Assembly (NCBI RefSeq): GCF_000143415.4
Contig: NW_003314322.1
Location: 1,004,067 to 1,068,066 of the forward strand
Direction of reading: 5' to 3'
Length of the DNA: 64,000 nucleotides
Source of the DNA: Selaginella moellendorffii
Taxonomy: Eukaryota; Plantae; Lycopodiophyta
The notes beneath the pieces are model-generated. The model saw only the letters and a program-made list of their open reading frames with translations. It was not told the DNA's origin and ran no database searches. The position numbers and the translations under genes were made by a program. Below, piece after piece: positions 1 through 12,031 of the stretch (position 1 is its first letter; the number at the start of each line of letters is the position of its first letter).

Positions 1-30
1 GAGTTCTTTTGTGGGAATCTTGGGGATGAT

Positions 31-771
31 GTGTACTATTGGTTCGATCACTTCACGGTGATTGCCACATATCATTCTTGGGATGATGCTCGACGTTTGC
101 GTGAGTTCCCCACATGTCTCCAAGGGACGGCATTGCAGTGGTACAATGGATTGAGCGCGGCCACTCGTGGCGATTGGAGTGTTCTTCCGGACGTCTTCAA
201 ACACGCCTTCGGACATGCTGACAATTGTGATGATGCCTTCCAACAATTGCATCGTCTTCGCCAAAGGCCATCTGAGTCAGTGATGCAATTTGGCGTTCGT
301 TTCCGAAGTCTTTTGCTTCGTGCGGAGCCAAATATGTCAGAGCGGATCAAGTTAGGAATGTTGTGGCCAGCACTTCGTCAAGATCTTGTCGGACTTGTGC
401 ATGCACTTGCTCCTGCCACTCTTGACGATGCTCTTCGATTGGCACAACTTTATGAGACGTCGCCTCTTCCACTTCTTGCTACACGTCCTTCAGCTCCACT
501 TCCTATGAGTGATGGTCCTGTCCCCATGGAGATTGATGCTGCTGCTACTCGAGTCCAAGGACAAGGGCGAGGATGTGGTCGTGGCTGTGATGTTCGTTGC
601 TGGGCGTGTGATGAAGTTGGTCATACTTATCAGTGTTGTCGGTGCTTTCCGGATTGGCGACCTCCATTTCCTGGGTGGAGACCTTGGCGTCAGCAACGTC
701 CCGTTGGTGCTGCTGCGGTGGAAGGTTTGGATACCGAGGTGCATTCGGGAAACGAGGAGTCGTGCGAGTAA
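31..771 (+). CDS. gag: Gag (retrotransposon gag domain, PMEID motif, CCHC-like knuckle); probably 5'-truncated by the window edge
   Basis: LQGTALQWY...LRQRPSESVMQF gag helices, PVPMEID, CWACDEVGHTYQCC. Confidence 0.85.
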   Translation: MYYWFDHFTVIATYHSWDDARRLREFPTCLQGTALQWYNGLSAATRGDWSVLPDVFKHAFGHADNCDDAFQQLHRLRQRPSESVMQFGVRFRSLLLRAEPNMSERIKLGMLWPALRQDLVGLVHALAPATLDDALRLAQLYETSPLPLLATRPSAPLPMSDGPVPMEIDAAATRVQGQGRGCGRGCDVRCWACDEVGHTYQCCRCFPDWRPPFPGWRPWRQQRPVGAAAVEGLDTEVHSGNEESCE

Positions 772-3700
772 TGGAGGGACCTTGCGTGAATAAGTTAGTG
801 ACCCCTCTATCTTTCTTTCGGGAGTATCATCAAGGGGTTCACTCGGCACCGGTTCATCCAGTGTTTACTTTCCAAGCTCGTTTTTATAACAAGAGGTCTC
901 CTATTCTTCTCTCCGTGTTGGTTGATACAGGTTCGAGTTTATCTTCTATTGCTCGACCTGTTGCTACACGTTGTCGTCTACACTTGCATCGTGCCGCAGA
1001 TCCAGTTTTCATTCTTTATGGCAACGGCCGTACACATGCATGTGCACGAGATGAGGTGGACCTGGTTGTGCGTGTGGGCGATTTCGAGCTTGAGTTGCAG
1101 TCGTTGCGGGTGGTGCCGAGTCAAGCTTTTGACCTCATTCTTGGTATGGATTGGTTGCAGCGCTATCATGCCAAGTGTGACTTTGAGGCTTCTCCCCCTT
1201 GTCTCATACTTCCTTATGTTTCATCCATTCCTCTCACTTCCGTACTTCTTCGTCCCTCTACTTTTACCTCTGCTTCCATTACTTTTGTTCCCCCACTATT
1301 TCCTCTTGTATCTCCATCTTGTTCTGCTCTTCCCTTTTCCGATCCCTCCAATGATCTTTGTGTTGCAGCTGTTGACCAGCTCATGAAGGAGTATTCTGAT
1401 CTCTTTGACTTTGACCTATCGTCTGGGGCCAAGATTGCCACACGTCATCCCATTCCAACCGGGGATGCTCGTCCAATCAAGGTTCCTGTTCGTCGTCGGT
1501 CACTCAAGGAGATCAAGATTTTACGTGCAAACGTCAAGGAGATGTTGGAGAAGGGTGTTATTCGGAAGTCACGGAGTCCTTGGGCATGTGAACCTCATCT
1601 TGTAACGAAGCCTGATGGGAGTATTCATTTCTGCATCGACTATCGTCCATTAAATGAAGTGATGATCCCGGACGTGTACCCTCTTCCTCACACTGCTGAT
1701 CTCTTGGATCGTCTGGGGCGAAATCGTTGGTTCACCAAGCTAGATCTTGCTTCTGGGTATTGGCAAGTACCGATGGCCGAAGAAGATATTCCTAAGACTG
1801 CTTTTCGTACACCATTTGGTTTGTACGAGTTCTTGGTGATGCCGTTTGGTTTGAACAATGCTCCAGCAACTTTTCAGCGGATGATGGACGAGGTTCTTTG
1901 CGATATGCCGGAGGTGATGGCTGACTTCATTGATGATGTCTTGATCCACTCGGAGGGGACGTGGGAGGAGCACGTTCGTGATGTTTGTAAAGTGTTGGAT
2001 CGGCTACGCGACGTTGGTTTAAAGCTGAAGCGGTCAAAGTGCGTGTTTGGGTCCAAGGACACAACTTATCTTGGGTACCATATTTCTCGTGAGGGTTTGC
2101 AAGTTGATCCTGACAAACTTGTAACTGTTCTCAAGTTCCCTACTCCGAAGTGTGTGAATGATGTGCAGCATTTTTTGGGTAAGGTGCAGTATCTCGGTTG
2201 TTTTGTGGATCATCTTTCCGATCGCACTACACCATTGCGAACGTTGTTGAAGTCATCAACGTCATCTTTCATCTGGTCTCCGGATTGTGAGGGGGCCTTC
2301 GTGACTCTCAAAGAGCTATTGACGACTCCTCCGGTTTTGGCATATCCTGACTACACTCGACCTTTTATTTTGCGCGTGGATGCTTCTGACATTGGTCTTG
2401 GAGGTGTGTTGATGCAAGAGAGCTCGAGTGTGCCTGGTCAGTGCCATCCCATTGCATACATAAGCCGTACATTACAACCAGCGGAGATGAACTACTCCAC
2501 GACAGAGAAGGAGTGTTTAGCAGCAGTCTGGGGTTTCGAGAAACTTCATGCATATCTACATGGTTCTCGGACGTTACTTGAAGGTGACCATGTTGCTGTT
2601 ACTTCATTATTGAAGCGGAAGAACCTGGTTGGTCGTACGGCTCGATGGGCTTTGAAGCTTCAGATATATGATTTCAATGTTGTTCATCGCCCAAGGAGTT
2701 CTATGGCTGATGTTGATGCCCTTTCTCGAGCTCCTCTTCCTTCTCCACTCACTTCTCATGTTTCTGACGAACCTGTTGTTCTAGCATCTGTGGATTTTCT
2801 AGATGAGGATTCTGTGCCGTCGGCAGTTGCTGTCCTTGACATTCAGTGTCCACAGGGCGCAGAGCAAGATCTACCTTCCCTTGATGAGGTTCGCGAGGCT
2901 CAAAGGATTGAGCCGTGGATTCGAAGGCTTCGAGATGGGTTTGAGAATCCTGCATCACTTGCTGATGACTTGCCTTTCCGGCATTTACATTCTCAATATC
3001 GCCTTGAATATGGCCTTCTTTATTTTGTGGGGACGGATCCTGATGATCATTTACGGCTGGTGGTGCCTTCGGTGTTTATTCCGCAGTTTCTCCATGCCTA
3101 CCATGATTCTCCTATTCTAGGTGGGCATATGGGACACCGTCGTGTCACCGAGAAACTGCACAGGTCTTTCTATTGGCCAGAGATGCGACGTAATATTATC
3201 CGGTATGTGCGTAGCTGTGTTTGGTGCCAAGCTCGTAATACTCCCCCTTGTGCTGCGGAAGGACGGTTGGAGTCAATTGTAGTTTCCCGTCCGTTTGAAT
3301 TGGTGGCGTTTGATCTTATGGGACCTTTTCCACGATCGACTACTGGCAATAAGTATGTTATTATTGCTTCTGACTACTTGACTCGTTGGGTGGAAGTTGG
3401 TGCTCTTGCTAGTGCTTCTGCAACTGTTGTTGGATACTTCCTTCTCAATCAAGTGGTGTTTCAGCATTCTTGTCCAGAGCGGATTCTTTCGGATAATGGT
3501 CCTGCATTTATGGCTGAGGTATTTCATGTTTTGACATCTCGGTTGGGGATACACCACACTTTTACGAGTGCTTATCATCCACAATCAGACGGTCTGGTGG
3601 AACGGCTTGTTCGGACATTCAAAGGGATGATTGTGAAGTATGTAAACTTTCAGCATTCGGATTGGGATGGTTATTTGCCGTCTCTTCGGTATGCCTATGT

Positions 3701-4235
3701 CACAGGGGTGTAGAGTTCTGTTGGTGCTTCACCATATAAACTTCTATATGGTTATGATCCAATATTACCAACGGAGTTGGGTTTACCTTCGCGATTGCCA
3801 CGAGCTCCTGATGCTAGGTCATGGGATCAATATTTGACAAGCATTCTTCCACTTGTCCGAGCAGAGCCTGTTGAACACTTAGGCCGCGTACAAGTGGGAC
3901 AACAACGACGCTACAATTCCCATCATCGTCCACCTACGGAGTACAAAGTGGATGATTTGGTGTTAGTCCATTTTCCCCATCTTATGGTACGTGGTTTATC
4001 TAAGGGGCTCCTTGCGCAGTGGAAAGGATCGTATCGGGTGTTGTGGCAAGTTGGACCACAAGTTTATGAGATTCGGCATGATGTTCAGCAGGCCGATCCT
4101 CCGGAGATTGTGCATGTGCAGCGGTTAAAACGCTTCATACAAAGGGATCAGGAGCAGTTAATACCGTCTACAAATCCACTAATGCCTCCTCTTGACGTTC
4201 CTCCAGATCCTGGCCCATCTACAAGAGAACCCTGA
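748..4235 (+). pseudogene. pol: Pol polyprotein (PR-RT-RNaseH-IN) in the -1 frame relative to gag, interrupted by one in-frame TAG at 3711-3713
   Basis: LVDTGS protease; RT motifs FCIDYRPLN, DLASGYWQ, MPFGLNNAPATFQ, FIDD; RNaseH DASDIGLG/TTEKECLA; integrase HHCC and AFDLMGP/SDNG/VER; the reading frame continues in ORF 3777-4235 (WKGSYRV, VHVQRLKRF). Confidence 0.9.
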
Positions 4236-4267
4236 CGACCTTCCATTATTCTGAGAGGAGGGGATGA

Positions 4268-4442
4268 TGTGAGGGCCAAGTGTACGGCTACGATGCCGTA
4301 TACTAATATTAGCGTAATGGGATTTTGGTAGCCGTCGGATTGGTTTCAATCCGGACCACTCGCTCCTGTATATAAGCTAAGGTTTTTGGGCTAATTGATA
4401 TGCACATTTCTATATTCCCTTTCCATATTCCATGCACTCACA
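4268..4442 (+). repeat. 3' LTR (175 bp) of the gypsy element
   Basis: TGTGAG...CTCACA terminal inverted repeat, TATATAAG box near 4369, follows the PPT; a homologous decayed LTR at 55827-55975 has the same boundary. Confidence 0.8.
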
Positions 4443-5479
4443 AATAATACTTTAATAATAACTTTTTATTAAAAATTAATAGAAGTATAGTATACATCTA
4501 AACAGCTTACATTCAATTTATTTTCTTGTTACATCACCCCTAAACCTTGCCATTATTTAATTCCCATCCCTTTAAAGCTATTGAAGCATAAATTACCAAG
4601 AAGTTTGAAGCACACTATAAAAATCTCCTGAACCACTATATTATGTCTCAAAGAATTTCTAATTTAAGACTCAATGCTACAAATAATTAAAGAGATAGAA
4701 AGCTCAACAAAATTGATATTCCAACAAGGAGGGATTCTATTATTATTTTTATCATAATTTTTTAAGAGTTATAAAACATGATTTTAGATATTTTAAAGAC
4801 TGTCCCTGGCAACACTTTGAAATAATTATTGTCTTTACTCTCGCCTCAATATCATTCCTCACTTTATTAATTAGAATCCTCTTTACCCACTCTAGACAAA
4901 AAAACAAATTAAATTTGAAGAAGAACAATATGGAAGAGGAAAAAGTGAAAAAGAAAACTATAAAAAAGGGAATTATGTCAGAAAATCCTGAAACCCACTT
5001 CCATCCTTTCTTTCTTTTGGGCATTTTGGTCCACATTTGTCGAGAGACAAAGAAAAAGAAGATTGTGTTGATGAGCAGCTATGTAGCAAAGAAAGAAAGT
5101 CATGGAACATGTCTCGGTTGCTTGCTTGCACCAGCCTCAAAAGCTTTGTAGCCTATCTACAGTAGCTTCAAGCTTTGCGAAGTGTGACCAAAGATGAAAG
5201 TTATCGAATGTCTAGCATCGGTCCAATGGACCAATTTGCAAATTCTGACATTCTCCTTAGAGGAGACCTCCTCGCCAGCTTCTAAGAGCATCCACCACGT
5301 AACGGTCTTTGCGGTTAAGTAAGAACACGAACAACGCTGTGAAATGGCCTCGCGAGAGATGGAGCATCGCCCGATGCAGAGGAGATTCGCCTTCTTGACT
5401 CTGAATCTGATGCTGAATTTAACGCGGTCCTGTTCAAGGGCATGTCTTTGTCTGCAGTGATGCGCTCTCACTTGCGGCT

Positions 5480-6590
5480 TCTTGGGAAATAAGACACCCA
5501 CACAACAACAATTGATGGCGGAGTACAAGAAATCGCTGGTTGGTCGTGATGGGGGTCACGTCGTTCAGTCTTTGATCGCCTGGGTTTCAAGAAGCGGTCG
5601 TCACCTCGTGAGAAAGCTGAGCGTGGTGAGCGGTGCGAATTCAACTTGCTGTGGCACTTGTCACAAGAAGGGACACTTAAGTCGAGACTGAGGAGGCTCG
5701 TGAAGGAACCTCCAGTTTCAAAGGGCGACGGCAGCCAGGCGACAATCAAGACGCTAATGGAGCCAGGTATACATGTTCAGTGGACATCCAGAGTACCCCA
5801 TACACGTTGTGGTTGGATTGCGCAGCAACAACGTCAGTGAGGGAGCTCTTCATGACACTCCAGCCATTTTCTGGTGAAGTGTTCCTCATGGATAATCGCC
5901 CGCTGCCAATTCTTGATATTGGATCGATCCAGATTCAAGTTCCAGATGGCAAGGAGGTTGTAATTCGTCATGTGTGGTACGTTCCTCACTGGACACTCTC
6001 ATTTCCATCGGTCAGATGGTGGAACAAGAGTTTTTGCTGCTTTTCTCAAGTACTGGAGTGGACAGCAATCATCCACGATATGGACCAGTGGCTTGGGCAA
6101 TGAAGGTTGGCAGGCTTTTCAAGTTGGTTTGCTCCGTGCAAATCCTGAACCAGGTGATGGCGACAGTCCCTGTCACCTTCCTCTTCAGGGGGAGCAGCAG
6201 ATCTCTTGACTTGGCACTGGAGATTGGGCCATGTCAATTAACAAACTATTCACGAGATGTCACAAGCTCAAGTGTGGATGGTTTGCACATAAAATCCACC
6301 AAGATGCTCTGTGCGAGCCATGCCTTATGGGGAAGCAGCAGCAACATTATTTATCTGGATCTACCTTGTGCAGCTCAACCTTTGACACTTCTGCACTCTG
6401 ATATTTGTGAACCGTTTCATGTTCATCCAGACACGCCACAATTCATTTCTTTTATTGACATGCTACAAGATTTGCAGTGGTCGGATTCCTTTCCAGTTTT
6501 CCATGTGTACAAGCTTGAGGTTGAAAAGCAGTGTGATGAAACTATCAAAGTGCTGAGATCTGATGGAGGTGGTGAATACACTTCCAGAAG
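5480..6590 (+). mobile_element. Degenerate Ty1/copia remnant (zinc knuckle, protease, GAG-pre-integrase, integrase core)
   Basis: CGTCHKKGHLSRD; WLDCAAT...GEVFLMDN...IGSIQI...VWYVP; WHWRLGHVN at about 6211; LLHSDICEP; IKVLRSDGGGEYTS; multiple frameshifts. Confidence 0.8.
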
Positions 6591-6701
6591 TGAATATGAC
6601 TGTCCGGTTGAAGTGCTTGGCCACCCCGTTCATCTTTGGAGTATATGGGACTGTAACTTCTCTCTAGATTCCTGCTTCCTCACAGACGAGCGCAAAGTCT
6701 T

Positions 6702-7030
6702 TGGAAGTGTATTCACCACCTCCATCACGACTGCTGCTTCTCAACGTCAAGCTTGTACACGCAGAAGACTCGAACTGTTTCATCCTTTTGTTGCAAGGAA
6801 CTTGACCGCTTGAAATCTCCTAGCATCCAGATGAAGTACCTCTTTCTGTGGTGTGTTTGGACCTCCACAAATATCAGCGTGCAGAAGTGCCAAAGGTTGA
6901 GCCACACACAAGCTAGATGTAGAAAAAGAACTGTCACTGCTTCCCCAGACATGGCTCGCATCTTGGTGGATTTTATGTGCAAACCATCCCTTGAGCTCGT
7001 GACATTTCATAAATGGCTTGTTAATTGACA
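6702..7030 (-). repeat. Inverted second copy of the copia integrase segment (fold-back with 6232-6587)
   Basis: TGTCAATTAACAA...GGATGGTTTGCACATAAAATCCACCAAGATGC and TGATGGAGGTGGTGAATACACTTCCA occur on + (6232-6587) and on - (7030-6702). Confidence 0.85.
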
Positions 7031-8397
7031 GTATATATACATGATCAACAGTCGTGACTATCCTACACCTGGATCAGTGATGTGGCAACTCATGCCACGT
7101 AGACTCTCATGTCATGGAGAGTGTATATCTCCAACAGCTGCTGCTAGTGCTGCTCTTGATTATGCCATCCAGCTTCTCCTGTGATGATTTGAGTTGCTCC
7201 CAGCCAGGCGTAGATGGATCTCTTGAAAGAAACCAATCCCTGGAGAAACTAATGCGGACTCAAGTCTTCAACTTGTATAGATTAGTATTACACAGCTAGT
7301 GAATACAGGAATGAACAGAGTGACATCCTAAAACATATCTCCGGTGGCTCTCTTGTCACCATAATGCTCATCCTCCTGCGTGCATTAAGAAACCGAAACT
7401 GTCGTGAAAAACACAAGGCACTTCTACACAGGAACAATAAAATCATATCGCATTGAAGTTTAGTATTTGGGTGCCAAAGTGGAAGCTTCTACATTCTCAC
7501 ATTGCTGCAGAATATGAACAGTATATGCTTAAGCAGCTATAGAAGATGAAGGTTAGTGAAAGTAACCTCTGAGATTGTCGTTACTACCACGACCACTACC
7601 ACGACCTCGACCACCACCGCCACTGCCACTGCCACCGTTGACTTGGTTGCTGTCAGCACTTCGCGATGTCCACGTTCATGTTTTCTAGAGCAAACTTTGT
7701 AACCAATGAAAGGATCTCTGTGCCTGGGAGGTCTTTCATTGCTAGTTGAATCATCTTCTGAGAGTTGTGGCTTGTCTTGGATCTGGATATTGGCATGAGT
7801 GGTGCCCGAAGAACTTCCAATGACGAAAGACTTTTCTGCAGCAGACATAGTCAACGATCATAGAAAAGAAAACCAGCACGACAAACCCGCAGTGTATCTA
7901 GCAGTCATTGCAGTTCTCCACACGCGACTGCAATGGGAATCAGATCATGTTCTGGATAGTGGAATGTCTTTTCTGCCTTCCTCCCGATCTCATGATTACA
8001 AGCTCCCATCTCTTCAGAAAGAGGCTTAGCGATGGCAGCTCGCTGCCATCGCTAAAGTGCATTTGTCCCGGAGACGGATTACGGGGCTGGAGCAAGAGCA
8101 ATTTGCAGGCGACTTGTAGCTGGAGATGACAAGAGTCCAGTCAGTGACATTGCTATTGTGAAGCTTGGGGTGGTGGGGGTAAGGGCGGATCCCACCGAGC
8201 TTGCCTGAGAGCCGTTCATCATCCTCTTTGGTTGGCCACTGTTTGAGGGTGGCCTATCCTGCGAAATCTTTGTAGCTTTTACTAAAAATAAATTCTAAAC
8301 AGTCAAAGCAATTATATGAAAATAGCAAGGAAAATACTAGGTTTTTCCTTGGTATGACCACTTGACAGCTTGTAAGATGATTGACCACTACGAGACC

Positions 8398-9620
8398 TCA
8401 GAACAAGAGACGATCAGCCTCGTCAGCGCCTATGTCTTGCTCCGCCGGAATGCACCCATGAACCTCCAGGGGGGCAACTCCTGCACACGAAGGGTTCCTG
8501 GCCACCACACCACGGAAGAACTTCTCCGCCGTGGCCAAGCGCATTGCGAGCTGGAACGCGGACGCAGCCGTCTCGTCCCTGAACACAGCCTGTCCATGCT
8601 GCATCGCCGCGGAGTAGCTTCCCAGTGCCGCCCCATGCACCCACGCAAAGCTTGCATACATGTAGTTCCCAGTCTCCAAAGCCATGCGACCCATGATGCT
8701 CCACATCTCGTGTTGCTGACTGTTGAGCATCAAGGACCTCCTCGCCGACAGGATCGCTCATGAGCTTCCGTGCTCCTCCACTGTGACAAAGCCAGCCAAG
8801 TGTGCGTCCCACCAAGCTGGATTCAATTCCAGAGCATGTTTTAGATAATGCGTGGCTTCCTTTAAGTTCTTTGCAGGAGTCTGTATACGCATCATATTCA
8901 GCTCCTCCCCCAGTATCAAAACGGCGAGTCTAGTCTCGACGAGGCAAAGCATCGCAGCATCCGTGCTCGTCTGGAGCTCGGCCAGCAGCTGATCCTTTGC
9001 CATGCCACGGACACTGGCGTCCAATCTCTCCATGGCGCTGTTGGTCTCGTCGATGCAATCACTCGCGCTTGCACCTTTTCCCACGCACAATCCAGCGGGA
9101 ACCAGATCCGACAGGCAACAATGAAGTTGGGCAGCCAGCAAAAGTCGCCGAAGTATCGGCCATAGTCGTAGTAGCCCCTGAGTGATGCACTGTCAAGCAA
9201 CTCATCCCACTTCTCCTCGGTGATATTCCCATACTTGTTGGAGAAGTGAAGCTCTTCGCTGCCGGCAATTCTGGAAGCTCTCCTGAAGAAGAAGGACCGA
9301 CCATCATAACAAAGGCCGCCCTACGGGTCGACGGGGCTCAGATTGGTTTCCGTAACGCTTCGGGACACGTGGCCGTTGCATGACATAGGATATTTTGGTT
9401 GCATTTTTCCATTATTTTCTACATCTAAGCGTGACATCAAGGCATCTTTCATAAATTATATCTTGGATCTTCAGGCCTTAGATCTTCCAGCTGATGCAGA
9501 CTGCGACATTGAGCTCGTGGGAAAATCTTCGAACTTTTTCGTCACTTTGGATCTGCGACAGGTGCTGTTGGCCACACACAAAAGTCTGGATCTTCGCATA
9601 AATCTTGTGTGTAAGCTCTG
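8398..9620 (-). pseudogene. Disrupted gene-like sequence of unknown family, partly TPR-like helices
   Basis: GC-rich frameshifted ORF pieces (KEATHYLKHALELNPAWWDAH; MWSIMGRMALETGNY); no continuous gene model found. Confidence 0.3.
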
Positions 9621-10036
9621 AGCCTCAAAAGAGTAAGCGGACCTCGTGTCGAGTGAGTTGATAGAGGCTTGTATCCACAGTCCCGGAGTTACGTGCTAAT
9701 TCGCATCTATTCGCCACAGCTTACTGACACTCCCATCGCCAGGGATCATGACAAGAACAAGTTTTCGTGTAGATTGCCAAGTTGGGGGGGATGGAGTCAT
9801 CGCTCTAATGAGTATGTTTCTCTTTTCATTCCAGTTGCGTATTGCCGAATCATATAACCTTGGAATTTATTTGAAGTAAACGTTACAAAGATTGAGCTCA
9901 AAGCTTTTGGTAACCCTGGTCACGTGGTCAAGACCGGTCAAGTAGTCACAGCTGGCACTTTAAATGTTGAGAACTTGCCTGATGGAGGTTTGGCCAGCGG
10001 TAACTTGGATTTCGAATGCTAGACAAGAAAATGTAT

Positions 10037-12031
10037 CTAAGGGACTGGATGATCCTGGTTGACAAAAATGTTAGACAAGACCACATACGGAGTCGCCTTG
10101 TCGTCCTCAATCCAATCCATGGATGCCGCCTCTCCACCTCCTTCCAGATCCAAAAGCCGTGAAGCAGCACGCTGGCCGCACCCTAGATCACCATGGATCC
10201 CACTGCAGCACAACAAAGTCCTCCAAGACACGAGATCAGGCTCAAACGGCATAGACTCCGTGAGCTCTTCCGCTTGCTCCAGCATCCCCGATCGACCCAG
10301 AAGATCAATCATGCAAATGTATTGATCCAAGCTTCGGATCATCGCAAAGCTCTCCTCAATGTCCAAGAAGAGCTGGAGCCCGACCTTCAGGAGCCCCTTG
10401 TGGCTACATGCCGAGATAGCGATGTTGAAGGTAACACCGTCGGGATCCTCGCCCTGGACGAGCATCTCCCAAAAGGCCGCCAGCCCGAGCAGAGAATGCC
10501 CGCTTTGGGCATATGCTGCAATCATCCCATTCCAAGCCACAAGATCTCTTCGTTCAATACAATCGAAAAGATCTCGCGCAGTAGCCAGGCAGCCACACTT
10601 TGCGTAGAGATTGACCATGACGCTCGTCATTGTCACATCGGCGGCGAGATCCTTGGCGGCGGCCAGCTCGTAGAGGAGCTTTCCCTCCGCGAGAGCCCTG
10701 GCGTGAACGCACGCATCAAGAATGCTGATGAAGATCACCTTGTTGATGGGATACCCGTGGAGATCCATCGACCGGAAGAGCTCCAGCGATTCCTGGAGAT
10801 GGCCACGCTGCGCATAGCCCTCGAGCATCGTCCCCCAGGCCACCACGTCCTTGTCTTCCATTCGATCGAAGAGCCCCCGCGCCTCGCCCAGATCGTTCCT
10901 CCGGACGTAGCCATCGATGAGCGCCGTCCAGGAGATCACGTCGCGCTTGGACGGCCCCATGCGCTGGAAGAGACCCCGCGCTTCTTCCACCCTCCCGATC
11001 TGCGCGTAGCCAGTGATCATCACGTTCCAGGTGACGGTGCTGCGCAGCTCGGGCGGCATCCGCTGGAAGAGCTCCGCAGCATGATCCATGGATCCGTGCT
11101 GCGCGTATCCGGAGATCATCGCGGTCCAAGAGACAACTGTGCGAGCCGGGATCTCCTCGAAGAGCGCCCTGGCTTGATCAAGATGCCCCTTTTGGGCATA
11201 TGCGGTGATCATTGCGGTCCAGGTGACCACATCCGGCTGGGCGGCTTTGTCGAAAAAATCCCGTGCTTGTTCTACGTTGGAATTCTGGGAGATTCCAACA
11301 ATCATAGTGTTGTATGTTACAACGCTTCTTTCCGGGATCTCATCGAAGAGAGCTTTCGCATCTTCAAGATGCCCAGACAAGGCAAGTGCTGTGAGCATTG
11401 CGTTCCAGGTGATGACGTTCCTGTGGGAGATTCGATCGAAAACAATCCTTGCGCTTGCGAGATCACCGTTTTGCGAGAACGCAGAGATCAAGGAGTTGTA
11501 GCTCGCTGTGGTTCTGTGCAGCATCGAATCGAACAGCCGCTTTGATTCGAGGATTTGCCCCTTGAGCCCGAACGCGACGATCATCGCGTTGCAAGCGAAT
11601 GGATCCCACTGCGGCAGCCGATCGAACAGCTTCCTCGCGTCGCTGAATCTCCCATTCTGGGAGAGCGCCGCGAGCATGGAATTCCAAGAGACCTCGTTGC
11701 GGCAGGGCGCGGCATCGAAGATTCTCCGCGCCTCGCGCAGATGCCCGGTCCGGGCATACGCCGAGAGCATGATCGTCCAGGAGAAGGAGTTGGGGCTCTC
11801 GATCCGATCGAAGGCCGCGCGCGCGGCATCGACGCTGCCGCAGCTGCTGTACATCTGGACGAGGAGATTGCCGAGGAAGGTGTGGCGATCGAAGCCGAGA
11901 GCGGTGAGGTGCTGGTGGAGGGATCTGCCATCGCCGAGGGACTTGGACCGCGCATGCTGCCGCAAGAGCGAGGCGTAGTGTTCTAGCGAAGCCGAGGACA
12001 AGCAAGAGGAGGAAGATCGCGCTAAAGCCAC
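10037..12031 (-). CDS. PLS-class pentatricopeptide repeat protein ending in an E domain (putative organellar RNA-editing factor); start uncertain
   Basis: Intronless ORF with LGNLLVQMYSSCGS, a long run of short VVSWTAMI-type motifs, CSHKG, YICMIDLLGRSG, MPFEPDLVSW, YVVLSNIF; no DYW domain. Confidence 0.9.
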   Translation of the reverse strand: MALARSSSSCLSSASLEHYASLLRQHARSKSLGDGRSLHQHLTALGFDRHTFLGNLLVQMYSSCGSVDAARAAFDRIESPNSFSWTIMLSAYARTGHLREARRIFDAAPCRNEVSWNSMLAALSQNGRFSDARKLFDRLPQWDPFACNAMIVAFGLKGQILESKRLFDSMLHRTTASYNSLISAFSQNGDLASARIVFDRISHRNVITWNAMLTALALSGHLEDAKALFDEIPERSVVTYNTMIVGISQNSNVEQARDFFDKAAQPDVVTWTAMITAYAQKGHLDQARALFEEIPARTVVSWTAMISGYAQHGSMDHAAELFQRMPPELRSTVTWNVMITGYAQIGRVEEARGLFQRMGPSKRDVISWTALIDGYVRRNDLGEARGLFDRMEDKDVVAWGTMLEGYAQRGHLQESLELFRSMDLHGYPINKVIFISILDACVHARALAEGKLLYELAAAKDLAADVTMTSVMVNLYAKCGCLATARDLFDCIERRDLVAWNGMIAAYAQSGHSLLGLAAFWEMLVQGEDPDGVTFNIAISACSHKGLLKVGLQLFLDIEESFAMIRSLDQYICMIDLLGRSGMLEQAEELTESMPFEPDLVSWRTLLCCSGIHGDLGCGQRAASRLLDLEGGGEAASMDWIEDDKATPYVVLSNIFVNQDHPVP

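Larger units (their letters stand above)
1..4442 (+). mobile_element. Ty3/gypsy LTR retrotransposon (non-chromovirus); 5' end outside the window
   Basis: Order gag-PR-RT-RNaseH-IN; polypurine tract GAGAGGAGGGGATGA (4253-4267) directly followed by an LTR starting TGTGAG (4268) and ending CTCACA (4442); no chromodomain after the integrase GPY-like motif. Confidence 0.93.

Noticed and set aside
633-746. Independent start for the 1026-aa pol ORF at 633
   Set aside because: Non-ATG start overlapping gag; better explained by frameshifting at 747-753
4752-5151. Lys/Phe-rich short ORFs
   Set aside because: Low-complexity A/T tracts without coding signal
10193-11986. Long + strand ORFs (450, 156 and 143 aa) over the PLS PPR
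   Set aside because: Antisense shadows of a GC-rich coding sequence; no recognisable motifs
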